Shown: positions 24,785 to 36,271, counted from the stretch's first letter. The stretch is DNA of 39,432 bases from Octopus bimaculoides (GCF_001194135.2 NC_068997.1:7375487-7414918), one strand, 5' to 3'. The notes: generated by a model not told the origin, from the letters alone. Translations and numbers: made by a program.

Positions 24785-24985
24785 ACTTGTTTCTACTATA
24801 AGCACAAGGCCTGAAATTTTGGGGGCGGGAATTGCTCTGTTACATATTAGATCGACCCAAGTGCTCAGCTAATATCTTTTTGATCCACCCAGAAAAGACG
24901 AAAGGCAAAATCGGCTCAGAATCTAAACTCAGGAGAAATGCCGCTTATAATTTTGTTCGATGCACTGACGATTCTACCAGCTCGC
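24785..24985 (-). mobile_element. SINE family B, diverged
   Basis: Reverse complement starts GCGAGCTGGTAGAATCGTCAGTGCA and ends AGGCCTTGTGCTTATAGTAGAAAC, matching the family ends. Confidence 0.8.
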
Positions 24986-25752
24986 AAACTTAGCTATCAT
25001 TTCTACAACTTACCTCCTCACTCAAACAGGTTTTTTGACTAGGGTTTTAGGTATAACTTTATGCAGTGTAGGTGATAAAGCCGATTGGTTTGAGTATATT
25101 ACTGGTATTTATTTGATCGAAACTGGAGGAATGAAATCCTTAGACGCTATCGGTGCATGTTGAACACATGAAAAAATGATGAAAACGGTATAATGATGTC
25201 CATTTTAAATCTGGTGATCAACAGTCTCACCCATTCTGACATCAAAAGCAATATCGAGTTGCAATTTGAAAGATCGTCTAATGTTTTCACAGACAAGGAG
25301 GATTTTATTCTAAGTATGAGGCTAATAGCAACTAATGACTGGAACGTTGTGAAGATTACAGAGATGTTTAATTGTATCGTCTATCTTTGGTATTCCATGA
25401 TGTGTTAAATTTCCATCTTTATTGCAACTAGTTCCAAAATACACCTACGTTTTCTTAAGTACAAACCTTGCGGAGTTAATTTTAGTTCTTTTATTTGTTT
25501 CGGTGGTGGCAGATAAAACAGATAGCAATAATTAACTGAGATTAATTTACGCAAAATAATCAACCACTTACCGGTGAAAAAAAAAAAATCAGTTTTAAGC
25601 CTTTCGTATGTGTGAGAGCTTTACGGCTTTTATTATGTTAAAGAAGTTATTTTTTTCTAGAAATCACAAGGACTCGTAGACTTCGTTTTATGAAGAATGA
25701 AACTAATAAAATATAATGTAGATAAGTTAGTAACTTTATATTATCTTCCCAG

Positions 25753-25779
25753 AAATAAGAGAAACAAATGAATGTATCG
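25753..25779 (+). CDS. Candidate 27-nt microexon, phase 1-1, (E)IRETNECI
   Basis: TTATCTTCCCAG| acceptor and ATCG|GTAAGG donor. Only the phase-1 frame is open, and it is in frame with the next exon across a 77-nt intron. Confidence 0.45.
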
Positions 25780-25856
25780 GTAAGGATATTGACCAACTAA
25801 TAGAAGATTTGGTTGTTCGTATCCTACTAAAAGTACTGCGCTGTTGTATTTATCAG

Positions 25857-25930
25857 ATAAAGCTCTCCTCACAGCGGCCATTGTCCACCTCGCTTTCTGT
25901 ACAGTTGTACTCAGTGCTGTTCTATTGTAG
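25857..25930 (+). CDS. Candidate terminal coding exon (D)KALLTAAIVHLAFCTVVLSAVLL* (TM or GPI-signal-like tail)
   Basis: TACTAA branch-like motif at 25825-25830, then GTTGTATTTATCAG|. It encodes a ~21-residue hydrophobic run ending at TAG; AATAAA at 26319-26324. Confidence 0.45.
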
Positions 25931-26499
25931 CTTTGGACTTGTTCTACTTTGAATTAACAAGATGGCAGCCGATCTATTGTTGATAATTTTACAGGGATAA
26001 AGTACTATAACCATATGACAAATGTCAGATTTATTCGACAAAGAAATGATCATTTTCTATGTTCTTTTTTGTTCCAAAATTATGACAAATGGCAGATGTT
26101 GGAATTCTATGGCCAGACGTCTGTTGGCATGGTACCTGAATTCTTTGTGTTTTATATTAAGCAATCTCCGTAAATGTTTCTGAATAACAGTAACTAGAGC
26201 TTGGCGAGATTAGTTGCCAATTTCGAGCCAATTCTCGCTGTTAGGCATCGATCTAATAATCTCTCAAATATTGCCAAACCACGTAGCATAGTGACATATG
26301 TTGTCTTCAAACACAATTAATAAACGGTTACACACATACACACACACACACACACGTCCTCCTGTAACAATGTGACTAATTCTGTCTATATATTATGCTC
26401 CCCTATTATCCTACCAAATATTTTTCTTCTGCTTCTCCCTCTCCCCCGCCACATATATATTACACTATACAAGATTATATTAAATTATTACTAGTACAC

Positions 26500-26729
26500 G
26501 TCCAGTTCTATCACGAACGGAATAAATAATATTCTATTCCATCGAAATATAGAAATATATTAAAAAGGAAATAAAAGAATTACACAAAAATGGGAATAAA
26601 ATACATATGACTTTTTACGTTTTACCTTTGTATATATTTGTATACAACATTCTATATATATAGAGAGATATTAATATTTCTAAGTCTCTCTAAAGGAGAC
26701 TACGGCATCGGCACTGGAAATTAATAGTC
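26500..26729 (+). mobile_element. Probable Penelope-like repeat fragment with a decayed hammerhead 5' half
   Basis: Resembles an Octopus repeat I recall. It ends in CTCT-CTAAAGG-A-GACTA...TAGTC (degenerate CTGANGA plus stem II) and is cut off by the next element. Confidence 0.35.
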
Positions 26730-26990
26730 ATCGCCAAGCCAACATGGCAGTCCAAAAAATAGGACGAATGCTGCTGTTGATTAGCTCCAAGAGGCCATCG
26801 CCTCTAGCTAGCTATGTGACATACGAACCTGTGTCCTTTATAACCTTCGAACAGGGGAGGTCAGCAGCTTCCACTTGCTGGTCTGGCATCTACAGACTAG
26901 TTTCGGGGTATTGCCCCTTGTCAATGTAGAGCAGCCGAACCCAGCAGGCGTCGCTACTGACCGTCTGTACGAAGGATATTTATCCAATTT
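26730..26990 (-). mobile_element. Interspersed repeat fragment, probably a LINE 3' region
   Basis: GC-richer block with abrupt boundaries. The reverse complement ...GTTCGTATGTCACATAGCTAGCTAGAGGCGATGGCCTCTTGGAGCTAATCAACAGCAGC... is familiar as a high-copy Octopus repeat; family not established here. Confidence 0.5.
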
Positions 26991-27633
26991 NNNNNNNNNN
27001 NNNNNNNNNNNNNNNNNNNNNNNNNNNNNNNNNNNNNNNNNNNNNNNNNNNNNNNNNNNNNNNNNNNNNNNNNNNNNNNNNNNNNNNNNNNNNNNNNNNN
27101 NNNNNNNNNNNNNNNNNNNNNNNNNNNNNNNNNNNNNNNNNNNNNNNNNNNNNNNNNNNNNNNNNNNNNNNNNNNNNNNNNNNNNNNNNNNNNNNNNNNN
27201 NNNNNNNNNNNNNNNNNNNNNNNNNNNNNNNNNNNNNNNNNNNNNNNNNNNNNNNNNNNNNNNNNNNNNNNNNNNNNNNNNNNNNNNNNNNNNNNNNNNN
27301 NNNNNNNNNNNNNNNNNNNNNNNNNNNNNNNNNNNNNNNNNNNNNNNNNNNNNNNNNNNNNNNNNNNNNNNNNNNNNNNNNNNNNNNNNNNNNNNNNNNN
27401 NNNNNNNNNNNNNNNNNNNNNNNNNNNNNNNNNNNNNNNNNNNNNNNNNNNNNNNNNNNNNNNNNNNNNNNNNNNNNNNNNNNNNNNNNNNNNNNNNNNN
27501 NNNNNNNNNNNNNNNNNNNNNNNNNNNNNNNNNNNNNNNNNNNNNNNNNNNNNNNNNNNNNNNNNNNNNNNNNNNNNNNNNNNNNNNNNNNTTCCATGAT
27601 TATGAAACAAGACATCTCTCTACCATTCCTCAC

Positions 27634-27759
27634 CATCGCCAAACCCGCATACACGAACTCTTTCACACATGCGCACACCCGTTCACTTCTTGGAAGCTGA
27701 GGTATATTTGTGTTTCCGGCATCGCGTCCATCCAGGCGACACGTGACAATAACGAGTAA
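27634..27759 (-). other. Candidate 126-nt exon on the minus strand
   Basis: Acceptor TCTCTTTCCCTCTCGTTTCAG| and donor ATG|GTGAGG. The phase-0 frame is open (LLVIVTCRLDGRDAGNTNIPQLPRSERVCACVKEFVYAGLAM); no family recognised. Confidence 0.35.
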
Positions 27760-28693
27760 CTGAAACGAGAGGGAAAGAGACACTTCGTCTACGAATAAAC
27801 AAACAGAATAACATCATCTGCTGAGCATTTCTTTGTTTAGTTTGCACTCGCCTCAACATCACTTGTAGAGTAAACAAGATTGTATAGACCCGATTGTAGA
27901 CGCCATTGAGAATGGCCGTTGCATACATCCGCAGATATCTCTATCTCTCAGAGCACAGGCGCACGCGCACACGCACTCACACACTAAGATTGAAAAGATC
28001 CCTCCCCACACACACGTGTACAAAATCAACGTAGTGTGCACATGGTGAATTTTAAATATTTCTCCGTAGAATGAAAGAATGAAAGAGTGAGAGAGAAAGA
28101 GAGAGAAAGAGAGGGAGAGAAAGAAAGAGAGAGAAAGAGAGGGAGAGAAAGAAAGAGAGGGAGAGATCTGGAAAATAAAAATGGATGATATCCTTAAATT
28201 ATTGTTACAATAATATTAGAAAAATGAAACTTCAAATAAGGTTTCGATCGCTACTGTTGTGAAAAGGTAGACATTTTAGACATAATGAAAGGAAATAAGA
28301 CGCAAAAAAAGAATTGGAGCTCTTCTGTTAAGTAAAAACAATAACCTGCACGTTATGGTTTCAGGAAATCAATTAGTCAAATTAAAATTTATCTGTTATT
28401 AAGTGTACAAATAATTAAAGAAGTAACCGAAGAGAAAATTTAAGGGAAATAAATGTAAGGAAGTAAGATTCGTGTGACTGGAGTTGTATTAAATATGAAA
28501 TCCACTCAACTGCGCCCTAGTCTGTGTTGTAACATCTTCAGATGCATGGAGTTCAGGCGAATGCAGAGATGCCTCGCCACCTCTGTGGCCTTCCATATCT
28601 GTTTAAGCACACTTAATCTGGAAATTAATTTCAAATTAATTCGTCTCTTAGATTCTAAATAAATATCCGTATTTAACATATTTGTTAAGATGC

Positions 28694-28784
28694 AGGCACA
28701 GGAGTGGCACTGTGGTAAGTAGCTTGCTTACCAACCACATGGTTCCGGGTTCAGTCCCACTGCGTGGCACCTTGGGCAAGTGTC
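28694..28784 (+). mobile_element. SINE family A, tRNA head only (3'-truncated)
   Basis: AGGCACAGGAGTGGCACTGTGGTAAGTAGCTTGCTTACCAACCACATGGTTCCGGGTTCAGTCCCACTGCGTGGCACCTTGGGCAAGTGTC; boxes A and B present; aligns with the head of 19709. Confidence 0.9.
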
Positions 28785-28956
28785 GTAAGATCGTTCAAAC
28801 ATTGAAATGCACTCGTCCATTTAACGCTCCAGGATGTAAACGTGTTTTACTTATCTAGTTTATTCCATTTCATGAATAACTGAAATAAATTATGACTCTC
28901 TGTCAATGTATCGAATATTGCGCAGGCGTACTTGATACATTGTGTGCGCGTGTGTA

Positions 28957-28999
<43 letters not shown>

Positions 29000-29050
29000 N
29001 NNNNNNNNNNNNNNNNNNNNNNNNNNNNNNNNNNNNNNNNNNNNNNNNNN

Positions 29051-29122
<72 letters not shown>

Positions 29123-29759
29123 CACACAAGTACAACGATATACGCTAGGACATATAACATTGACAAAATAAAACAAACAACAAACAACTTTCGTCAGTAA
29201 TGCAAAGGATTGATAAGAGTCAGTGAAATATTATCAACAAAAATGACATTAGTATAAAATGATAAATAATATATGAAACTAGTTTTCTAACTAACCAACT
29301 GGCTGATTAGTTAGTGAGTTAGCAACTTAATTAGTCTGCTAGCTTTATCGATAATTGAAACCAATAACGCCTCTTTCTTTTGATGATTCAAACATTCAAT
29401 TTTTTTTTGTTGAAATTAAGTTAACTGTAAACATAATGATAAAACATTCCATAAACTCCATCTAAACACATGTACGTTACATATATTTAGACCTATTCAC
29501 ACATAAGTTACGCACACTTCTAACTACCTATATACACACACACACATACACATACACACATTTCACATTGTGGAACACATACATACAAGCATTAAACATA
29601 TTCGTACCTTACACGCGCATATCACACATTTCCATGCAGATGCATAGATTTCACACGTGTTTCTACCCGTCCGCATATATTCGTAGTGATACCCACATAC
29701 ATTACACGTACTCGTAGTTTTACACACTTGCATTTTATATAGACTCATAACCATACACG

Positions 29760-29794
<35 letters not shown>

Positions 29795-29861
29795 TTACGC
29801 ACCTTAAATGCACTCGGAGTTATAAACCTGTATATTATATACGGGCTCTCCATGTTCATTT

Positions 29862-29904
<43 letters not shown>

Positions 29905-30313
29905 CATTTTGCAATTTTCTCTCTTGTGTGTCAAAACTTTACCCAATTCCTTTTTTTTCTTTTATTATTTCCACAATTTTATTTTTACCTTTTTTTTTAT
30001 TCGTTGCTTCTCTGCCTCATTCATCATTTTCGTTTCTCATGTTTCTTTGATTTTTCAACCTTCCTTCCTTCCTTCCTTCCTTCCTTCCTTCCTGTCCTTC
30101 CTTTTCTGCTTTTCCGTCATCTATTCCCTCTTTCCATTGTTCAATTCTCAGTTAAGAAATAAACCAGTGAGGCTAACAGGTTCACTTCGTTTTGAAATGT
30201 CTAAATTATTCTTCACCAATTCATTGATTACACATACGTGCACGCGCGCACACATAAATAAATAAATACATACATACATACATACATACATACATACATT
30301 CATACATACATAC

Positions 30314-30450
30314 ATTATTGGAGCAACAGGATACACACCAACCCGTCTGGAGCAAAATGTGGCAGAACTTGGCAGAGACCTCAAATCCTTAATTCATACG
30401 AATGATATCTGGGACTATAAAAAATGTGCAAGACCTTGTTGAGATTTAAA
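30314..30450 (+). mobile_element. Degenerate C-terminal relic of a second RLE-class non-LTR retrotransposon
   Basis: IIGATGYTPTRLEQNVAELG..., then after a frameshift ISGTIKMCKTLLRFK. This resembles the IIGALGY...SGTVKICKTF.RF C-terminus of RLE elements; directly preceded by (TACA)n. Confidence 0.55.
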
Positions 30451-31610
30451 GGACGGTGAACGAAATAAGATGCTTTCCTTCACCAAATATAGGTGACCGG
30501 CCAAAATGTATTTTAAATTAACCAAAGAGAACATATATATGTATATATGTGTGTGTGTGTGTGAGTGTGTGTGTGCATGCGTGTGTGTGCGTGCGCGCGT
30601 GTGTGTATGTCTGTGTATAATTATATCCCTCATACACACACACACACGCACACACACACACACACACATCAATTATTGTAGTGTTATGTCTCCTTATAAA
30701 GACATCCCCTTGTAGAACGTAGAACAACTGGGCCAACTAAATGGTTCTGAGATAAATCTTTTATTCTTCGACACGGTACAGAATTGGTGTCAGCTGCCGA
30801 ACAACCAAGATGAAGAGAAAATTACTGTGATATTACATGTGTCACACTGTCAGACTGTATAGCAAACTTTGGTCAAAATGGCGGATATCCTGTCTGCACG
30901 GCTTTATAGTCTTCACACACGCATTCTTGTGACTTTGGTTATAATTTCAGTCACGCACACACACTCATGCACTTTCACACACACACACACACACACACGC
31001 GGGCGCATGTAGACATACACGCACACACATGCACGCACACACACACGCTCACACTCACACGCACACGCATGCACACTCACACACGCACGCATGCACACAC
31101 AAACACACATGCACACACATACAGTGAAATATTGATTAATCTGTTTGACCTGAAAGATGTTTCTTCCGGGTGTTTCCTCTGTAAGACATTTATTATGTTA
31201 TGGGAGTGCTTAAACGAGAGGCCAGATTCTTGGAGAAAGTAATTTTCAAAACGTACACGTAATGTAAGGCCGATCTACACACAAACTCACACACACACAC
31301 ACAAACACACACACGCGCACGCACACACACATTTGTATATATATACATTATTGTTTTCTTTTTATCATTGGATTTCTCTGCCAAGTTTTCCAAACTCCTT
31401 GTCTTTCATCTGTCAGAGAGCGGCGAGCTTACGTCATTAACACATTCACTTCCCGCCTTACACGGTTCTGCCATTCCTTGATAATGTTTATGTCTTTTAT
31501 ATTATTCCGCGTCTAACATAAAACATGTACTTTAAGCTAACATTCTTCGTTATGCATTAAACATGAGTAATATTACTGGGTGGGCAGCACTATCTGCTCC
31601 GTTTACTTAC

Positions 31611-31804
31611 CAGAATAAGAAGACTTTTTCTCTCTTAGTACAGAAACGGAGGCCGATTCTGTCGTCTCGTTTAATTGAGTCTCATAAATCATTCGTTCGT
31701 GGACGCAACACAATGTGAAGGCGTCGTCTTTATCATAGACTTTTCTTAGGTACCTCAGTCTTGCCTACCTCCGTTCCTTCCGCTCGAAAGCAAGATTTGA
31801 ACAA
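31611..31804 (-). other. Candidate minus-strand exon (UTR or partly coding)
   Basis: Acceptor GATATTCGTTACTTTACAG| and donor CTG|GTAAGT. All three full-length frames are closed; internal ATG gives MIYETQLNETTESASVSVLREKKSSYS. An alternative donor GAG|GTAGGC gives a 36-nt exon 31769-31804. Confidence 0.3.
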
Positions 31805-31838
31805 CTGTAAAGTAACGAATATCTCCTCAGTTACATAA

Positions 31839-31927
<89 letters not shown>
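31839..31927. repeat. (CA)n microsatellite
   Basis: Direct reading. Confidence 0.95.
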
Positions 31928-31930
<3 letters not shown>

Positions 31931-31942
31931 TATATATATATA

Positions 31943-32077
31943 CCGGAATAAGCACATAAATGTGAAACAAGTCGGAAAAAAGTGTACTCAAATACCAAAG
32001 GTAGAGTAATATTCTTTATCTAAAAGCAGCAGAAATATAACAAAAGCTGTTACTCAAAGTTTCACGTTCCCGTTCGT
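31943..32077 (-). mobile_element. Penelope-like pLTR fragment, inverted copy, 5'-truncated inside the hammerhead core
   Basis: 32019-32077 is the reverse complement of 32548-32606 (58/59). It begins at ACGA of the core and lacks C3-G5 and the 5' strand of stem I. Confidence 0.65.
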
Positions 32078-32280
32078 ATATGTGTATACGTGTATTTGTG
32101 CGTATATGTGTATATGTGAATATATGTATTTGTATGTACATTTATGTCTTACATATATATATGCCTGTATATGTATGTAACTATGTGCATGCATCTGTGT
32201 ATTTTGATGTATATATGTATATTATAGATGGTCTAGTATGCGTATATACTGTTGTAAAATATGTATGTAATGCAGCGTGA

Positions 32281-32606
32281 AAATTTTAATTTAAATTTTA
32301 ATGTATTAATTGACTTATATTTCGTATATAATTATTTGCAATATGTATTTTGAATCTACTCTTTGATTTAAGGTTTTCTTCGATTTTACAATAGGATGAA
32401 TTTATATTGAATTCATTTATTTTGTCCATTGCATGCTTAAGACCGTTAATTGAAAGGACCAATGAAACAGATCCATTTTTAAAGGTGTATCCTTTAACCA
32501 GTTTTGATTACATCGTTATTTCTGTTCCATTTTAACAAAACTGTCCGACGAACGGGAACGTGAAACTCTGAGTAACAGCTTTTGTTATATTTCTGCTGCT
32601 TTTAGA
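32281..32606 (+). mobile_element. Penelope-like element terminal (pLTR) fragment carrying a hammerhead
   Basis: Contains the minimal hammerhead listed below and forms an inverted partial repeat, both characteristic of PLEs. No RT or GIY-YIG ORF is visible; the left boundary is approximate. Confidence 0.6.
32533..32587 (+). ncRNA. Minimal type I hammerhead ribozyme fold (U4C core variant)
   Basis: TAACAAAA-CTGT | CCGACGA | ACG-GGAA-CGT | GAAA | CTC-T-GAG | TA | ACAG-C-TTTTGTTA. Stem I has 12 bp with one bulge, stem II is closed by a GNRA loop, stem III is 3 bp, and the GUA cleavage triplet predicts a cut at 32574/32575. Confidence 0.75.
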
Positions 32607-32615
32607 GAAAGTATA

Positions 32616-32652
<37 letters not shown>

Positions 32653-35404
32653 CAAATGTGTCGTAATAAGTTGTAATGAAATTTTAAAATCATTCACTCA
32701 TATGAAAGGCAAGGTAATTAATTCATCAGTGTTTGAGATGTCACTGATCTTATGATTGCTTCTTAATGGCGTCATTTGGTATTTAAAGTTAAAAAAAATG
32801 AAGCTCACCTTCAAACACAAGACAATGCACTCAATGAGAAGATGTGTCTGAATGTCATTCGTAATTTAAACCAGCGAACTAATTCTGTTTAATTAATGTA
32901 TTGCGGTGTTCTCTCCGGTCTTGATGAAAAATAATATTAAAGAAAAAGAAATAAATAATAATAAAAGGGAAAAACAAGAAAAAAGTTTTGACATTTATTT
33001 GAAGTATTTGACGTCACCAAATGTTGGTTTGTCAATTGGTGAAGAGAAATTAATCTTTGAGAAATCGTTGAAAATCTCATAATTTTGTTAAATGTCAACT
33101 CAGAGGAGTGTGTCACTTATAGGATTTGAAATAGAGATTGTTGAGAATATTGGTAATATCTTTGGGATTAGTAAAAAAAAAATCATACAAACACGGACGT
33201 CAATAATATAGACATGCATATATGAAATCAATCAATCACTAGATAATCAATTATCAGATATTCGATCACTTAACAAAGAACAATAGATTGATTTAGTCGT
33301 CAATGATGCAGTTGAATTAAATCAAATCAGAAAGCAAATGATAATTGATCCAGTGTGTGTCACGGTTGGCTGGGCAGGCATGAGATCGAGACAATAATCT
33401 CTTGATTAATATATTGTCTCGTTGTAAGTAAATACAGGGAGGTCGTGCATACTCCTAAGTGGCCTCGTGATATTACGAGGTTAAGTTTCGTAAAAGTAAG
33501 TTCAGCTTAATCAAATGTACACATGTATTGATTAAAATTGGTGTTTATAAACGGGAAAATGTATTTAAAAAATGTGTCTATGTTATTAGAAGCAGAAGTT
33601 TCTTGAATCGTAGCTCTAAGTTTCATATTTCCAACTGTTCATACGATCATAAAAAGGTAGCGTTTTAACAATATATAATTTACAAAATCAAAAACACATC
33701 AAGTTATGATTTCTTAACAGGACATCGGGATTTGATTAGTTACTTAATATTCGATTGGAAAATGCATTGAAATTTCATCTATTATGTGAACACATAATAT
33801 ACTTCTATTTGTTCATTAACATGTGTAAAGCATTGCAGTGGTGCCCTTATTAACAAATAAGTTATCGGACTCAACACAAAGACGGATACAATACAGATTC
33901 CAAATAACTCAGTTCTGTTTGAGACTATTAGAGAATCACAAATGTTTGGCTGCTGAATGAACCGGCAATCGGTCAGCATACTTCAGTTAGCCTTATTGCG
34001 AAGAAAGGTAACTTTTGCCAAATGGCTCTCAGTCTGAACAATTTCAGAATAACGGAAACAACCATTTACAATGACTTCTGCATCATCTCAAATCTTTCTC
34101 GCTCTCCCTTTCTCTCTCACTTCCTGACTTCCTCTCTCTCTTTCTCCTTAGTGACCACCACTGCTCTTCGGAACTGATGTCTTGTTCTTCCACTACTCAG
34201 ACACACCAACACTCTTTTCACTCCACCCCCATTGCCACTTTCCTCATGTTCACCGCTATGTCTAGTTTTTCTTCCCAAAAACCTCAACCTTCGAGAATCT
34301 CCTCTGTTTTCTGCAATAATGACCCGCATTGGAACATTAACATCAGCTTCTCCAATCTTGTGCAAAACAAGACAAAACGTATATTTCTGTACAACCATTG
34401 TTATACAGTAATCCATTATAAACTTTAAGTCTGTCAGCGGGAAATTGGCTGGTGTTATCTGGCTGGAGATATTTTTCAACACGCTGAAGAATATCGGATG
34501 ACATGACATTTAAAAATGGCGTTCAGTCATGGAGAACGATAAGAAAAGGAATTTTCAGAAGGAAACAAACAAAAACAAAAACAAAAACAAAAAGAATTGC
34601 TAAATTTGATAAAAAGAAAGAAAAACTTTAAAATTATTTGGCGTTGTTTTGTACCAGTTTTTTTTCGTCTTTAGTTCCTGTCTCTTATTACTTGTTTAGG
34701 CATGCATTCATATATACGTGTGTGTATTTTGTGTGTGTGCGTGTGTGTGTGTGTATGTGCGTATGTATGCGTGTGTGTGTTTGTTCCAAGTTGTAGGACA
34801 GTTTCGCGTCTGAAATTTTGCAGAGGGTGACATATGTTCCAGATATTTATAGCTTGTTAGTTTTTCTACGTTGTTGTTTAACCTGTTATCATCATCATCA
34901 TCATCATCTTCATCATCATCATCAACAACAACAATAACAAACAATGTTAAAGTGTTATCCTTAATTTGTCTTGAAAGACGATGACGATGATGATGATGTG
35001 GCAGCCATTAGTTTCAGAGCGAATTCACCTAAAGTCCATCGTCTTTTTCCCGTTTAACTTTAACAGCGAGTTTTTGTTTCCTCCTACTTAAACAAGGAGA
35101 GAATCTTTTTTCCATTTTGAGTGTTCGTTTAGTTAAATGTGGGGCGGCAGTGGTGGTGAGTCTCAATGAAGTTTATCTCCTAAAAATATCAGTCTTAAAT
35201 TGTGTCCCTTCTATCTTAAAAAAAAACAACTGATAGGACATTAGCGAATGAAGACCTGGTGGCTAAAAGAACCTTTTAGATTATTGCTTACTTGGGAGAT
35301 AAACAACAACCACAACAACAACAGCAGCAGCAGCAGCAGCAGCGGCGGCGGCACTGCTTGCTATATGAAGGGCAGGATCTCTTTTCAATCTTACCCGATG
35401 AAAG

Positions 35405-35643
35405 CGTTGAGTTACCAGAATCGTTGCTACGCCGGAAACAATGCTTAGCGGCGTTTCATCCATCTTCAAATGCCTCCAAGGCCGACTTTGCCTTTTGTCC
35501 TTACAGGATCGATAAAATAAGTACCAGTTGAAGACTGGGNNNNNNNNNNNNNNNNNNNNNNNNNNGGGGGGGGGGGTCTATGTAACCGTCTTAGCCCCTC
35601 CTGCAAACCTGCTGGCTTTGTGCTAAAATTTGAAGCCAATATT
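35405..35643 (+). mobile_element. SINE family B, diverged, with internal N gap
   Basis: CCAGAATCGTTGCTACGCCGG...AATGCTTAGCGGCGTTTC...GCCGACTTTGCCTTT...GATAAAATAAGTACCAG. Confidence 0.8.
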
Positions 35644-36271
35644 AACTCGATCCTATGAACGAAACTCGAAAAACAAAATGCAAGAGACGTAACTACGAAA
35701 ATAACAATAATAAAAAAACAAATAAACAAATCAACAGCCCCGCGGCCACAGCAGCAGATTAAGATGGAAGCAGAAAAAAAAAAAGACTTAGAAGGAAGGA
35801 TATAGCAGACGATAGCTGTTATATGGTTCCTCTGCTCGGCTACATTGTTCGTTATATTTCTCCAGTCAGTCTCTTTATCTTATCTTCTATTGCAATTTTA
35901 TATTCCCTTCTTTTCCATGTGATGTCAAAAGCATTGCTTCTGCCATTAATTGGCTTTTATACATTCAATATTCCGTTTCTCCCCCACCTCTCTCTCATGT
36001 AGAATATGTTATTATACACAGACTTCGAAGCAGGATTGCAGACATTCTCATACATACACATACATGTAGATTAATTCACGCTTGCACACACACACACACA
36101 CACGTATTTATTCATACACAGACAATCGAATAACAAGGCAAACTTTGGGAATGTCACAGATACGTATATAAACACGTTTCTACATTTAATTTAGATATTT
36201 TCACGCGAAGAGCGACAGAAAGGGAGAGAAAGAGGGGGGGAGGAAGAGAGGGTAAGAGTGGAAAAAGACAA

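Noticed and set aside
25014-25122. Minus-strand exon ending at GAG|GTAAGT
   Set aside because: All three frames are closed and the acceptor derives from a SINE relic
26092-26130. Hairpin GGCAGATGTTGG...CCAGACGTCTGTT
   Set aside because: About 12 bp with G.U pairs and no lower stem; inadequate for Drosha/Dicer processing
26521-26599. AATAAA signals as the poly(A) site of the + strand model
   Set aside because: They fall inside the probable PLE fragment; 26319-26324 is the nearer non-repeat candidate
28694-28784. Possible tRNA gene
   Set aside because: It is the tRNA-derived head of SINE family A and does not fold into a proper cloverleaf
33388-33422. 10-bp inverted repeat CGAGACAATA/TATTGTCTCG
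   Set aside because: Short and isolated; expected occasionally by chance
34117-34509. 130-aa minus ORF and overlapping 53-aa ORF (34343-34504, MSSDILQRVEKYLQ...)
   Set aside because: No recognisable family, and the C-terminus is GA-repeat derived. The region may be a UTR or first exon, but strand and frame cannot be determined.
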